DNA of 64,000 bases from the IMG/VR virus record IMGVR_UViG_3300045115_000211, positions 1 to 64,000 of that record. The stretch is one strand, 5' to 3'. A program made the translations under genes and the position numbers. The notes below the pieces were generated by a model, which saw only the letters and a list, made by a program, of their open reading frames with translations, was not told the origin of the DNA and made no database searches. Positions 9,627 to 19,512 of this stretch are shown piece after piece (within the stretch, counting starts at the first letter, position 1; each line of letters opens with the position of its first letter). This DNA is from a virus.

Positions 9627-9860
9627 ATGACAAGGCTGCAGAGGCTGTCGTTGGAGCGTGTCAAGAAACTCCTGGAAGGACTCCACCGAGGCTTCCCAGG
9701 CCCAATGTACTTGCCGACGGGCCTGGATGCCAAAGACCAGAAGCGCATCGAGGAGGAGCACCGCGAAAAGATCAGAAAGAACTGGGCGGAGGACTCGTCG
9801 GCGTGCACGGAGATGACGGGGATTCTGGACGCCATCCTTGCCGAGAAGGAGGAGGAATGA
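9627..9860 (+). CDS. hypothetical protein
   Basis: ORF coupled to next gene. Confidence 0.45.
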   Translation: MTRLQRLSLERVKKLLEGLHRGFPGPMYLPTGLDAKDQKRIEEEHREKIRKNWAEDSSACTEMTGILDAILAEKEEE

Positions 9861-10192
9861 GCAGGCCTCTCGACCAGATGACCGACGTGCAGGGCGCCAG
9901 GAGGATCCTCGTCCTGTGGGTCCCCCGGAAGTTCTCCCGCTGGAAGAGGTTCGGATGGGGTGCCTGCATGGGGCGCCTGTGGGTGCAGTTCACCCCAGGG
10001 GAGAAGACCGGCGGGGTCGACGTCAGGTCCCTGCCGCGCCTCGGGTCTGAATGCCAAAGGGCTCTCGCCTGCCTGCACATCGCCGTCGAAGAGGACGCGG
10101 CGTTCGACGTGAACCGGAAGGTCGGAGCATACCTTGACGAACTGGAGCGCTGGTGCGGAGCCGACCGCTCCGCGATGCGCGGGGGATCATGA
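9857..10192 (+). CDS. hypothetical protein
   Basis: GGAGG RBS; ATGA overlap. Confidence 0.5.
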   Translation: MSRPLDQMTDVQGARRILVLWVPRKFSRWKRFGWGACMGRLWVQFTPGEKTGGVDVRSLPRLGSECQRALACLHIAVEEDAAFDVNRKVGAYLDELERWCGADRSAMRGGS

Positions 10193-10193
10193 C

Positions 10194-10550
10194 GTGAGCA
10201 GGCAGAAGAGGAGAGCCGAGGATCGGGGCTACGTGATGGCGTGGGACTCCGAAGTCCCGATGTACGGGGACGCCCCTCTGGCCCATGACTTCGTCGCCGT
10301 CATGGGGATCGTGTTCGTGGAACGCGCCAAGTTCGAGGCGATGGGAAGGTTCGCGTCCCACGATCCCGCCGTAGTGTCGTTCGAGAACGGGAGCGTCTCG
10401 GTCAAGGTCTTCAAGGCCGCCGGCAGCAAGGCGTGGCTCAAGAAGGCGCTTCCGGGCAAGGTCAAGGAGGCCCTCGAAGCGGCATACGCCGACAGGGCGG
10501 CCACGATGGCCGGTAAGATCAAGAAGGCACACCAGAAGGCGAAGCCGTAG
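10194..10550 (+). CDS. hypothetical protein
   Basis: GC-biased codon usage; tiles the operon. Confidence 0.5.
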   Translation: MSRQKRRAEDRGYVMAWDSEVPMYGDAPLAHDFVAVMGIVFVERAKFEAMGRFASHDPAVVSFENGSVSVKVFKAAGSKAWLKKALPGKVKEALEAAYADRAATMAGKIKKAHQKAKP

Positions 10551-10566
10551 AACAGGAGTACTAGGG

Positions 10567-10824
10567 ATGAGCTGGGAATACAACGTCGTCGACTGGCAGG
10601 ATCGGGCCCGCAAGTCGGAGCGCAAGGCGCGGCGCCTTGGCAAGGAACTCAAGGACATCAAGGGATCCCGCAAGCCCGTCGATATGACCCGTTGCGCCGC
10701 CGCCGTCGTGCGAGGCCTGAACGAGAAGCAGTGGGACAAGGCCGTCTGCATGGGCGCCACGGCCGACTCCTGGCTCAATGGCCTGTTCGAATACCTGCGC
10801 CAGCAGGGAGTGGAGCTCAAGTAG
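10567..10824 (+). CDS. hypothetical protein
   Basis: ORF with RBS. Confidence 0.5.
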   Translation: MSWEYNVVDWQDRARKSERKARRLGKELKDIKGSRKPVDMTRCAAAVVRGLNEKQWDKAVCMGATADSWLNGLFEYLRQQGVELK

Positions 10825-10896
10825 CCATTCCTCGGTTGACTCTTCCGGCCGAACATGGCATCCTTCTCGCCGTGAGCAACGAGGAGGAAACACATC

Positions 10897-11799
10897 ATGT
10901 CCGTCCGTCGCGACATCATCGACAGCTTCAGGGGTTTCTCCATGGCGATGTGCTCGACGTGGCTCTGGCACAGGCCTAGCCGCTCGATGTTCGACGCCGG
11001 GGAGGGCATCAGCCCCCACATGAGGAACCACGTCTTCGCCATCGAGAACGTGTTCCTCACCCACGGGCACCACGACCACCTCGGAGGGGTCGCCGGGCTC
11101 GCCCTCGCAAGGGGCGCCGCCCGCGGCGACAAGGACAAGCCGTTCGTGATCTTCCATCCCGGCGGGTGGGGCGAGATCGAGGCGCTCAAGAGGTACATCG
11201 ATGCCGTCTGCGACAACAGCCGCGTGATCGCCTGGAAGGAGATCGTCCCGGGCGACTCCGTGACCATGTCCGACGACGGCAAGACGTCCGTCAGGGCGTT
11301 CGAGGTCAGGCATGCCAGCAGGCTCTGCCTCGGCTACGCGATGGTCGAGAAGAGGGTCAGGCTCCGCAAGGAGTTCTCTGGCCTTCCCGGCAAGGAGATC
11401 GCCGCCATCGCCGCCGAGAGGGGCAGGGACGCGATCAACGAGCCGTACGAGAAGATCGTCTTCGCGTACTCCGGGGACTGCTCCGGGGTCGACCCCGACT
11501 CCGTCCCCGGCGCCGACGTGCTCTTCCACGAGGGCACGTTCGTCGAGAAGGGCGAGCTCGTCGGGGATGGCGAGGAGACCGCCATGCGCGCCGGGGGCGG
11601 CCATTCGACCGTCCGCGGGGCCGTCGGGGTCGCCGCCAAGGCCGGGGTCGGAGTCCTCGTGCTCGTGCACCTCTCCATGAGGTATTCGGTCGAGTCCGCC
11701 GTGGCCGAGGCGCGCGCGACGGCCGGCGAGTTCGGGTTCGCCGGCGGGATCAGTCTGCTCCACGGCAGCCGAATGATCGAGGTGGGGGCGGCTTCATGA
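10897..11799 (+). CDS. metallo-beta-lactamase-fold ribonuclease (RNase Z-like)
   Basis: FDAGEG, THGHHDHLGG, YSGD, HEGTF, HST, HLSMRY. Confidence 0.85.
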   Translation: MSVRRDIIDSFRGFSMAMCSTWLWHRPSRSMFDAGEGISPHMRNHVFAIENVFLTHGHHDHLGGVAGLALARGAARGDKDKPFVIFHPGGWGEIEALKRYIDAVCDNSRVIAWKEIVPGDSVTMSDDGKTSVRAFEVRHASRLCLGYAMVEKRVRLRKEFSGLPGKEIAAIAAERGRDAINEPYEKIVFAYSGDCSGVDPDSVPGADVLFHEGTFVEKGELVGDGEETAMRAGGGHSTVRGAVGVAAKAGVGVLVLVHLSMRYSVESAVAEARATAGEFGFAGGISLLHGSRMIEVGAAS

Positions 11800-12872
11800 A
11801 CACCTTCGTGATCGCCGATCCCCACCTAGACCACGAGGACATCATCCTGCACTGCAGGAGGCCGTGGTGCGTCCCCAACCCGGCGTACGATCCCGCGCTC
11901 CCCTTCGACTTCAAGGGGAACAACCCCCTGACGGTCACGAGGGAATCGATGGAGGCGCACAACCAGGCGTTCCACGACGCGTGGAACAGGATGGTCGGGA
12001 GGCGCGACAGGGTCATAGTCGTCGGAGACTTCGCGTTCAGGAACCACGCGAGGCACGCGGCGGCCCTGAACGGGCACAAGGTGCTGGTGCTGGGCAACCA
12101 CGACGACATGAGCAAGGAGGCCATGGGCCACTTCTCCGAGGTGCACGACTTCGGCTGCGTGAGGAGGATGGACACGGGCAGGCTGCCGGACGGCGGGGCG
12201 GAAAGGGAGAAGGTCACGTTCTGCCACTACGCGATGCGGGCTTGGCCCGGATCGTGGGAGGGCACTGCGGCCCTGCACGGACACAGCCACGGCAGGATGC
12301 CTGAGCTGGACATCCTCCTGTCGTTCGACGTCGGCGTGGACGTCTGGGGGTACTTCCCGATCCCGTGGGAGGCCATACGGCTCAGGATCGACCAGAAGCG
12401 CGCCTCGATGGGGGCCAGGGAGGCTTCGGAGAATGGGGACGGCAGGGCAAGGGGGGCATATTCGCCCGATCCCGACGAGCGCGTGCTGGAATCGAGGGCC
12501 AGGAACTTGGCCGTCCTCAAGGCGGTCGGAATCGAGGTGCCTCAGGACCACTTCTCCATGTCGGTCGAGTGCGTGGCGGCCGTGCGGGCCCAGCGCGAGG
12601 CCGACAGGATGGTGTCGTCCGTCGTGGCGACCGCGGGGGCGACGAACCGCCACGGCAGGACGTACGACAGGGCATACCTGCGCTCGATCGCTGACGGTTC
12701 GTCCCTGTTCTGGGACGAGGGCTCCGGAACGCTGACGTTCAGGTGCAGGACGGGGTTCGCCGCCGACCAGGAGGCGGTGCGCAGGTTCTTCAAGGACAGG
12801 CTGTCGGGCGGATCCGCGGCCACAGGGACAGGGGAGGACGCAAATGGACAGGATGGCGGAAAGGCAGTATGA
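11796..12872 (+). CDS. calcineurin-like metallophosphoesterase with C-terminal extension
   Basis: ADPH, VGDF, GNHD, HGHSHG, DVGVD. Confidence 0.85.
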   Translation: MNTFVIADPHLDHEDIILHCRRPWCVPNPAYDPALPFDFKGNNPLTVTRESMEAHNQAFHDAWNRMVGRRDRVIVVGDFAFRNHARHAAALNGHKVLVLGNHDDMSKEAMGHFSEVHDFGCVRRMDTGRLPDGGAEREKVTFCHYAMRAWPGSWEGTAALHGHSHGRMPELDILLSFDVGVDVWGYFPIPWEAIRLRIDQKRASMGAREASENGDGRARGAYSPDPDERVLESRARNLAVLKAVGIEVPQDHFSMSVECVAAVRAQREADRMVSSVVATAGATNRHGRTYDRAYLRSIADGSSLFWDEGSGTLTFRCRTGFAADQEAVRRFFKDRLSGGSAATGTGEDANGQDGGKAV

Positions 12873-13629
12873 GGCTCACGCCAGGGCGGTGCCTGCGATC
12901 ACCCCGGCGCGCGAGAAGGAGCTGTCCAAGCTGATCCTCGGCGGCGACACGTCCACGGCGGTCGCGGAGCTGGTCGAGGGCAACATGCGTCTCGTGCTCA
13001 GCCTCACCCGCAAGTACCGTCCGCTCCCCGACTACGTCGACATCCTCTTCGACGGCAACCTCGGCCTCGTCGAGGCCGCCTGCACGTTCGACTCCGATAA
13101 GGGCCGGTTCTCCACGTGGGCCACGCCGAAGATCAGGACCGAGATCAGGGAAGGCATCTACCAGAGGACGTCAGCCCTGTCCTCGCTGCGCTCCGCCATG
13201 GAGGTGCTCAAGAGGGCGGAGGAGTCCGGCAGGGGACGCGACGCCGCCATCGTGAGGCTCGCCATGGCCGGGATCATCCCCCTGTACGGCGACGACGACA
13301 AGCCGATCGACGTCATCGACACGAGCATGGGCAACGTGTCCGACGACCTCCACAAGAGCGACCTCCTCGCCCTCGCGGCCAGGGCCGTGCGCGAGCTTGG
13401 CCTCACGGACGACCAGGTGGAGCTCGTGGCGGAGGCCAACGAGAAGAACGGCAATGGGGAGGCGGTCGCCGCCATGTCGAGGAAGCTGGGCGTCACGCGC
13501 TCCGCCGTCCGGATGATGAGGGCGAAGCTGGTCTGGATGCTCAGGAAGAAGATCCTCGGGTACGTCGGGAAGGACGAGTACCTGCTCCTGTCCGCTACGG
13601 GGCAGCTCCCCGGCAGGCGCTGGAAGTGA
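12844..13629 (+). CDS. sigma-70 family RNA polymerase sigma factor
   Basis: ELVEGNMRLV, GNLGLVEAACTFD..KGRFSTWAT (region 2); KLGVTRSAVR HTH. Confidence 0.85.
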   Translation: MDRMAERQYEAHARAVPAITPAREKELSKLILGGDTSTAVAELVEGNMRLVLSLTRKYRPLPDYVDILFDGNLGLVEAACTFDSDKGRFSTWATPKIRTEIREGIYQRTSALSSLRSAMEVLKRAEESGRGRDAAIVRLAMAGIIPLYGDDDKPIDVIDTSMGNVSDDLHKSDLLALAARAVRELGLTDDQVELVAEANEKNGNGEAVAAMSRKLGVTRSAVRMMRAKLVWMLRKKILGYVGKDEYLLLSATGQLPGRRWK

Positions 13630-14371
13630 CCGCCTCCGACGCGCGCCTCCGAGCGTCGGCGGCGTGTTCTGGATCCCTCTCCACGCAGACGAACCTCCTG
13701 CCGGAGTTGGCGCACGCCACGGCCGTCGTCCCCGACCCGGAGAAGGGATCCAGCACGACGTCGCCGGGGTCGCTGTACGTCCTGACGAGGTACTCGAACA
13801 GGGGGACCGGCTTCTGGGTGGGGTGGACCTTCGACCTGTCGCGGTTCCCCACCACGTCGCAGGGAAGCACGGAGTGGGGGTTGACCTGCGCGCTCCACAC
13901 GAATGGGACGCCCCCGTCGACCGAGTAGAGCTTCGAGGCCCCGTTCCTGTACGAGTAGCCCCTGCGGCTGTGGTTCTGCGACGTGAGCGACCCGGTGACC
14001 TTCTGCGGGTTGAACTTCGGGGCCCTGCGGCAGAACACGGCGACCGTCTCGTGCCGCCTCATCGGCGCCTTGCCGGCGAGCATCATCCCGGAAGGCGCGT
14101 TCTTCACCCACACCCAGTCGTGCCTGAACATCCGCCTCGCGCTGGCTATCAGGTCGGTCGTGAAGGGCTGGGCGCACGTGAGGACGAAGGCGCACCCCGG
14201 CTTGCCGACGCGCAGGAGCATGGCCCACATGTCCGCCAGCCGGGGTGCGACGTCCCACTCCAGGGCCGTCTTGCCGTATGGGGGGTCGGTCAGCACCATG
14301 TCGAAGCTGGCCTCGGGCAATGTCGGCAGGACGTCGAAGCAGTCGCCCTCAAGCACCACGTCCGTCTGCAC
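13595..14371 (-). CDS. DNA N4-C/N6-A methyltransferase (beta class)
   Basis: TDPPY, HPTQKP, LDPFSGSGTT. Confidence 0.92.
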   Translation of the reverse strand: MQTDVVLEGDCFDVLPTLPEASFDMVLTDPPYGKTALEWDVAPRLADMWAMLLRVGKPGCAFVLTCAQPFTTDLIASARRMFRHDWVWVKNAPSGMMLAGKAPMRRHETVAVFCRRAPKFNPQKVTGSLTSQNHSRRGYSYRNGASKLYSVDGGVPFVWSAQVNPHSVLPCDVVGNRDRSKVHPTQKPVPLFEYLVRTYSDPGDVVLDPFSGSGTTAVACANSGRRFVCVERDPEHAADARRRASEAVTSSACRGAAP

Positions 14372-14555
14372 GCTTGCCCCTCCACCAGTTGAGAAGGCCA
14401 TACTTCGCCAGGGCCATGTTCCACAGGACACCAGGCAACCTCGGGAACACGACGCGAGGCTTGACCTTCCAGATCCACCAGAGGAACGCCGGGACGAGCC
14501 ACGGCAGGTTCTCCAGCGTCCCGTAGTGCTGGTTCGTCATCCCGCGCTTCGCCAT
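14349..14555 (-). CDS. small hypothetical protein
   Basis: fills the gap between nrdJ and the MTase. Confidence 0.4.
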   Translation of the reverse strand: MAKRGMTNQHYGTLENLPWLVPAFLWWIWKVKPRVVFPRLPGVLWNMALAKYGLLNWWRGKRADGRGA

Positions 14556-14562
14556 CGCGCCC

Positions 14563-17133
14563 TCACGAGCAGTTGGACGTGCCGCAGATCAGGCACGACG
14601 GGCACCCGCCCTTGTAGACCATCTTCGCCGCATGGCAGTTGGGGCATTCGAGACCGGAGTTCTCCCCCTCCTCGATGTACGACTTGAGGACACGGGCCAA
14701 CGCCCTGTTGTAGGACTGGAAGTCGTCCTCGGGATCCTTCGTGAGCTGCTCGCAGACGAACTTGATGGGGACGCCGTGCCTCAGGCCGAGGCTCACGATG
14801 CGCGAGAACGTGGCGTGCTCGTAGTCGGAGAAGACCTTGGCGATGTTGTTGATCACCATCCTCTTGGTCTCGCCGTCGTTCTCCAGGGCCCCCAGCACGA
14901 GGTCGTACATCGTGCGGTCGCCGTGCTTTCCGTCCTTGAGTATCCAGCCCGTCTTGAACTTCCTCGGGACCTCAAGGTCCTCGCTCTCCCCGCCGAACAC
15001 CTCGTACGGCTGGCCCTTGAGCTTGCCGACCAGGAAGACCCACTGCGAGGACTTGTCCTTGCCCCTGCCCTTGACCGTCGTCCTGACGATGTCGCATTCG
15101 AGCACTTCGGGGCGCTTCGGCGCCGACGACATGATGACGCGCCCCGGACGCCCTCCCTGCTTGACGAGCGCCTTGAACTTGTCGGCGGCGTCGTCGCAGT
15201 TGTCGCAGTTGCCGTTCTGCGACCCCTTGGACACGAGGATGCCCTCGCGGCTCCCCTCGCGGTAGACGGTGATGCCCTTGCAGCCGAGCTCCCATGCGTC
15301 CATGTAGATCTGGGCGACCGTCTCGATGGCGACGTCCTTCGGCAGGTTGACCGTCGAGGAGATCGCGTGGTCGACGAATGCCGTGGCGGCGGCCTGCATC
15401 CTGACGCGCCTGGAGTGGTCGATCTCGCCGGCCTGCGCCCCGGCGTACGGGCTCTCATCCATCCCCTTGCCCGTGACCTTGCAGAACAGCCCGAGCCCGG
15501 GGTGCCTGACCTCGAAGTGCCTGTACCTCTCTCCGTCGCTGCCCACGGAGTCGGCGTCGCCCTTGTCGCCGGCGACCATCTTCTTCTTCCGGACGTACGA
15601 GGCGAGGAACACCGGCTCGAACCCCGACGTCGTGCCGTAGTTGCCGTCGCTGCACCACGTCAGGTTGCTGACGGTCCCGGCGGGGGCGGTCGTCAGGCAC
15701 GCGATGTTGCGGCGCCCGTGCCTCGCCATGTCTTCGAGGACGTCCTTGGGCAGCCTGGAAAGGAACGGGTGCCCCTTCTCCCTCTTGGCGTCGAACAGCG
15801 GGAACTTCCCGCGCTCCTTGGCGAGGACGACGGATTGCCTGTAGGCGTTGTCCCTGAGCGCGGCGTAGACCTGCTCGACGAACCCGACCGACGCGTCGTC
15901 GCCGTACTTGTGCCCCAGCATCGCCACGGCGTCGCCGAGGGCGGTGATCCCCAGCCCCGTCCTCCTGCCGCTGACGCACTTGTCCCTGACCATCCTCCAG
16001 AGAGACAGCTCGTTGGCCTTCACGTCGGGGGGCTCGGGGTCGGCTTCGACCTTGGCGATGATGCGCTCGACGCTCTCGATCTCGATGTCCACGAGGTCGT
16101 CGGTGATCCGCATCGCCATCCCCACGTGCCTGGCGAACAGCTCGAAGTCGAACCTCGCCTCCCTGGTGAACGGGTCGATGACGTAGGAGCAGAGGTTGAG
16201 GACGACGAGGATGCAACTGGAGCCCTCGGCGAGCGGCAACTCACTGCACGGGTTGGTCGTGACCGTGGCGAAGCCGAGGTCGGAGTAGCAGTCGGCGGGG
16301 CTGTTGCGGGTGATGCTGTCCCAGAACAGGACGCCCGGCTCGGCCTTCAGGAAGGCGTGCTTGACGATCTCGTCCCACACCTCCTTCGCCGAGATCCGTG
16401 ACCGCATCGATGGCTTCTCGGCATCGACGGGCCACCGCAGCTCGTAGTCCTTGCCGGTCTTCACCGCCCGCATGAACTCGTCCGTGAGGCGCAGCGAGAT
16501 GTTGGCCCCCGTGATCGCCGCCAGCTCCAGTTTGGAGCGCACGAAGCTGAGCACCTCCGGGTGGTGGACGGAGCACGAGATCATGAGCGCCCCGCGCCTC
16601 CCGTGCTGCGCCACCTCCTTGGAGGTGTTGGAGAAGCGCCGCATGAAGACGATGACCCCGTCGGTCGTGTGGGCGGCGTTGTGGGTCGGCAGGCCCTTCG
16701 GGCGTATGGGCGACACGTCGATGCCGACGCCGCCGCGGCGCTTGCTGATCTGCGCTATGCGCTCGTCGGCGCGGCAGATCCCGCCGTAGCTGTCCACCGT
16801 GGCGATGGCGAAGCAGTTGGACTGCGACACGATCTGGTGCGGGTTCCCCACGCCGAACATCGGGCTGCCCTGCGGCACGACGTGCTTGAAGTCCTTGAAC
16901 AGGGCGAAGATGTCCTGCTCGGACATGGGGTTGGGGTATTTCCCCTCTATCCTCGCGAACTCCCTGGCGAGCCGCCTGTGCATGTCGGCGGGCGTCAGCT
17001 CGTGGTACTTCCCTCCGTTGTCGCGCAGCGCGTACTTCTTCGTCCAGATGTCCGCCGCCAGCTCGTTGCCACCGAAATACTCAAGGGCAGCGGCGTGCAC
17101 CTCCTCGAACTCATGGGGCTTCTTGTCAGGCAT
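14563..17133 (-). CDS. nrdJ: adenosylcobalamin-dependent (class II) ribonucleotide reductase
   Basis: KYAL, PQGSPM, SNCF, RGGVG, GRRGA, TNPCSE, APAGT, CKGITVYR; C-terminal CPNC...CLICGTSNC. Confidence 0.93.
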   Translation of the reverse strand: MPDKKPHEFEEVHAAALEYFGGNELAADIWTKKYALRDNGGKYHELTPADMHRRLAREFARIEGKYPNPMSEQDIFALFKDFKHVVPQGSPMFGVGNPHQIVSQSNCFAIATVDSYGGICRADERIAQISKRRGGVGIDVSPIRPKGLPTHNAAHTTDGVIVFMRRFSNTSKEVAQHGRRGALMISCSVHHPEVLSFVRSKLELAAITGANISLRLTDEFMRAVKTGKDYELRWPVDAEKPSMRSRISAKEVWDEIVKHAFLKAEPGVLFWDSITRNSPADCYSDLGFATVTTNPCSELPLAEGSSCILVVLNLCSYVIDPFTREARFDFELFARHVGMAMRITDDLVDIEIESVERIIAKVEADPEPPDVKANELSLWRMVRDKCVSGRRTGLGITALGDAVAMLGHKYGDDASVGFVEQVYAALRDNAYRQSVVLAKERGKFPLFDAKREKGHPFLSRLPKDVLEDMARHGRRNIACLTTAPAGTVSNLTWCSDGNYGTTSGFEPVFLASYVRKKKMVAGDKGDADSVGSDGERYRHFEVRHPGLGLFCKVTGKGMDESPYAGAQAGEIDHSRRVRMQAAATAFVDHAISSTVNLPKDVAIETVAQIYMDAWELGCKGITVYREGSREGILVSKGSQNGNCDNCDDAADKFKALVKQGGRPGRVIMSSAPKRPEVLECDIVRTTVKGRGKDKSSQWVFLVGKLKGQPYEVFGGESEDLEVPRKFKTGWILKDGKHGDRTMYDLVLGALENDGETKRMVINNIAKVFSDYEHATFSRIVSLGLRHGVPIKFVCEQLTKDPEDDFQSYNRALARVLKSYIEEGENSGLECPNCHAAKMVYKGGCPSCLICGTSNCS

Positions 17134-17371
17134 TTTGTCCTCTTTCGACGTGCGTGACGGCGCCACATTCTACAACCGGCAGGCGCCGCCCGAGGCGCCA
17201 TCGCCGGTCATCCGGGGGTCACGTCGACAGACCTTCCCTTATGGGGTACTGAAGAGTTCTTCTCCGGAGCGGCGGTCCCACCCAATCCCCATGGGGCACC
17301 TTTTTTGACAGAACAACCACCCACTGAAGTCAAGCGGCCGGAGGGCCGCAAGGCCCCTGTATAATGGGCCC

Positions 17372-18349
17372 ATGGCAAGCGACTTCACGGTTGCGTCCCT
17401 GTTCTCCGGGGCCGGTGGGATGGACATTGGCTTCGAGAAGGCGGGCTTCCACGTCGTCTGGGCGAACGACATCGACAAGGACGCGTGCGAGACGCACAGG
17501 CGGTGGTCGTCCGCCGAGGTCGTGTGCGCCGACGTGTGCGCCGTCGGAGCCACTGCGATGCCCAGGACGGACGTGATCGTCGGAGGGTTCCCGTGCCAGG
17601 GATTCAGCCTCGGCGGCCCGCGCCAGGTCGACGACGGGCGCAATGTGATGTACAGGCACTTCGTGCGCTGCGTCGGGCACCACCGCCCCCTCGCCTTCGT
17701 GGCGGAGAACGTGCAGGGGATCCTCTCGATAGGGGGAGGCACGGCGGTCGTGCGGAAGATCATGGGCGACTTCGAGGACCTGGGGTACGTCGTCGTGAAC
17801 CAGACGCTCGACGCCAGCCGCCACGGAGTCCCGCAGGAGCGCCTCCGCGTCATCTTCGTCGGGCTGCTCAAGGACGCCTTCGGCATCGCCGGAGGGGAGG
17901 AACTCGGGGACTACGAGAGCCCGTTCAGGTTCCCCGAGGATGACGACGGCCGCTCGCCGATGTCCGGCGTCCTCGCCGGGATTCCCGATCCCGACCCCGC
18001 GGACGTGTGCATGGACAGGTTCTCCCCGCGGTACATGAGCCGCAACAGGAGGAGGGACTGGATGGAGCCGTCGTTCACGATACCCGCGATGGCCAAGCAG
18101 GTCCCCCTGCACCCCTCGTCCCCGCCGATGAGGAAGGTCGGCAAGGACGCGTGGGAGTTCGGCGACGGCGAGACGAGGCGACTGTCATGGAGGGAGGCGG
18201 CGCTCGTGCAGACCTTCCCGGCAGGGCTGGAGTTCGCCGGCGACCTGAGGTCGAGGTACAGGCAGGTCGGCAACGCCGTCCCCTGCGCCCTGGCGGAGAG
18301 GGTGGCGCGCAGACTGATGTCCGCCATGGTCAGGGCTCGACCGCGGTGA
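17372..18349 (+). CDS. DNA cytosine-5 methyltransferase
   Basis: LFSGAGG, GFPCQGFS, ENV, PQERLR, QVGNAVP. Confidence 0.95.
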   Translation: MASDFTVASLFSGAGGMDIGFEKAGFHVVWANDIDKDACETHRRWSSAEVVCADVCAVGATAMPRTDVIVGGFPCQGFSLGGPRQVDDGRNVMYRHFVRCVGHHRPLAFVAENVQGILSIGGGTAVVRKIMGDFEDLGYVVVNQTLDASRHGVPQERLRVIFVGLLKDAFGIAGGEELGDYESPFRFPEDDDGRSPMSGVLAGIPDPDPADVCMDRFSPRYMSRNRRRDWMEPSFTIPAMAKQVPLHPSSPPMRKVGKDAWEFGDGETRRLSWREAALVQTFPAGLEFAGDLRSRYRQVGNAVPCALAERVARRLMSAMVRARPR

Positions 18350-19373
18350 CGGCAAGCCCGTCCAGCCAGACCTCGACGGCGCTCCTGTTCGCGCGGCGCA
18401 GGCCGCGCCTGTTGAGCCACACCCCGAGCGCGCCCAGCCGCCGGGCGATCCCCATCGTGGCGACCATGTCGTCAAGGTCGTTGGGATCCGCATGCAGGGG
18501 CCACGACATCCAGTAGATGTCCTCGGACCCGACCGTGGGCAGCCCCGCCGCCACCATGTCGGCCGCGACGATGTTGAAGGTCTCCGTCAGGGAGACCTGC
18601 ATCCCCAGATCCATCGGCGGCAGCACGCAGTAGACCAGCCTGTCGTGCGGGTACCACGGGTGCTCGACGAGCCTGTGGCCGCCGCTGGCGTCGAACATCG
18701 CCCGCAGGTTCCGCACGACGCGGTCCCCGCCCTGCTCCTCGCGCCCGTGGTTCACGTGGAAGGCGACCTTCCTGCCGATCCGGCTCGCGAACATGATCGC
18801 GGCGGCGGCCTGGGCGTAGTGGTTCTTGAGCGGCCTGATGGCCCCGAAGCAGGCCACGTTCAGGCGGCAGGGATCGAGGTCGACGATGATCGGCTCCTCG
18901 GGCGGAGGGGGCGCGACGTAGGCGTTGGGCAGCATCATGGACCGGCACCCGAAGACGTCCCGCATGAGCTCGTCGGTCTCGCGTGAGTTGGCCGACATCC
19001 ACAGGTTGCGGAGGAACGCCTGGAGCCCGGAGTAGGCGGCGATCCATTCCGACGCTATGCCCTCCATCGCGAGGAACGGCGGCTTGCTGTGGACGCGCAC
19101 GTTCCACGACACGCCGCGGTGCCTGCGGCACAGCTCCTCCAGCTTGTCCGGCGTGACCCAGAGGGCGTGGATGACGACGTGGGTCGGGCGGTGCTGGCAG
19201 ACCACCCTGTCTATGCCGTTGGCGTCGACCACGGCCTCGACCGTCGCCTCCACTCCGTGGCGGTTGAGGATGGAGGCGAGCATCCTGGCGGAGTTGAGAA
19301 GGCCGAACGATATGCCGTAGGAATCGACCCTCTTCTTGCACACGAACAGGACCTTGAAATCGCGCTGTGGCAT
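18330..19373 (-). CDS. GT-B glycosyltransferase
   Basis: FGAIRPLKN, QVSLTETFNIVAAD...GLPTVGS. Confidence 0.75.
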   Translation of the reverse strand: MPQRDFKVLFVCKKRVDSYGISFGLLNSARMLASILNRHGVEATVEAVVDANGIDRVVCQHRPTHVVIHALWVTPDKLEELCRRHRGVSWNVRVHSKPPFLAMEGIASEWIAAYSGLQAFLRNLWMSANSRETDELMRDVFGCRSMMLPNAYVAPPPPEEPIIVDLDPCRLNVACFGAIRPLKNHYAQAAAAIMFASRIGRKVAFHVNHGREEQGGDRVVRNLRAMFDASGGHRLVEHPWYPHDRLVYCVLPPMDLGMQVSLTETFNIVAADMVAAGLPTVGSEDIYWMSWPLHADPNDLDDMVATMGIARRLGALGVWLNRRGLRRANRSAVEVWLDGLAVTAVEP

Positions 19374-19512
19374 CGTGGTTACTCCCAAATGGCGCTGTTG
19401 GCGTGCGGCATCTGGCTCCTCTCGGACCCCTCGTGCCGCCTCACGCATAGTGCTTGCATGGCCCGTGGTCGATTCCCTTCTTTTCGCTGTACAATGCCAG
19501 CGGGAGGCTCGC

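Noticed and set aside
17170-17335. Possible cobalamin riboswitch upstream of class II nrdJ
   Set aside because: Only a GGGAA fragment is present; no B12 box or GCCACTG/CCCGC core, and a -10 (TAGAAT) lies downstream of it, close to the gene.
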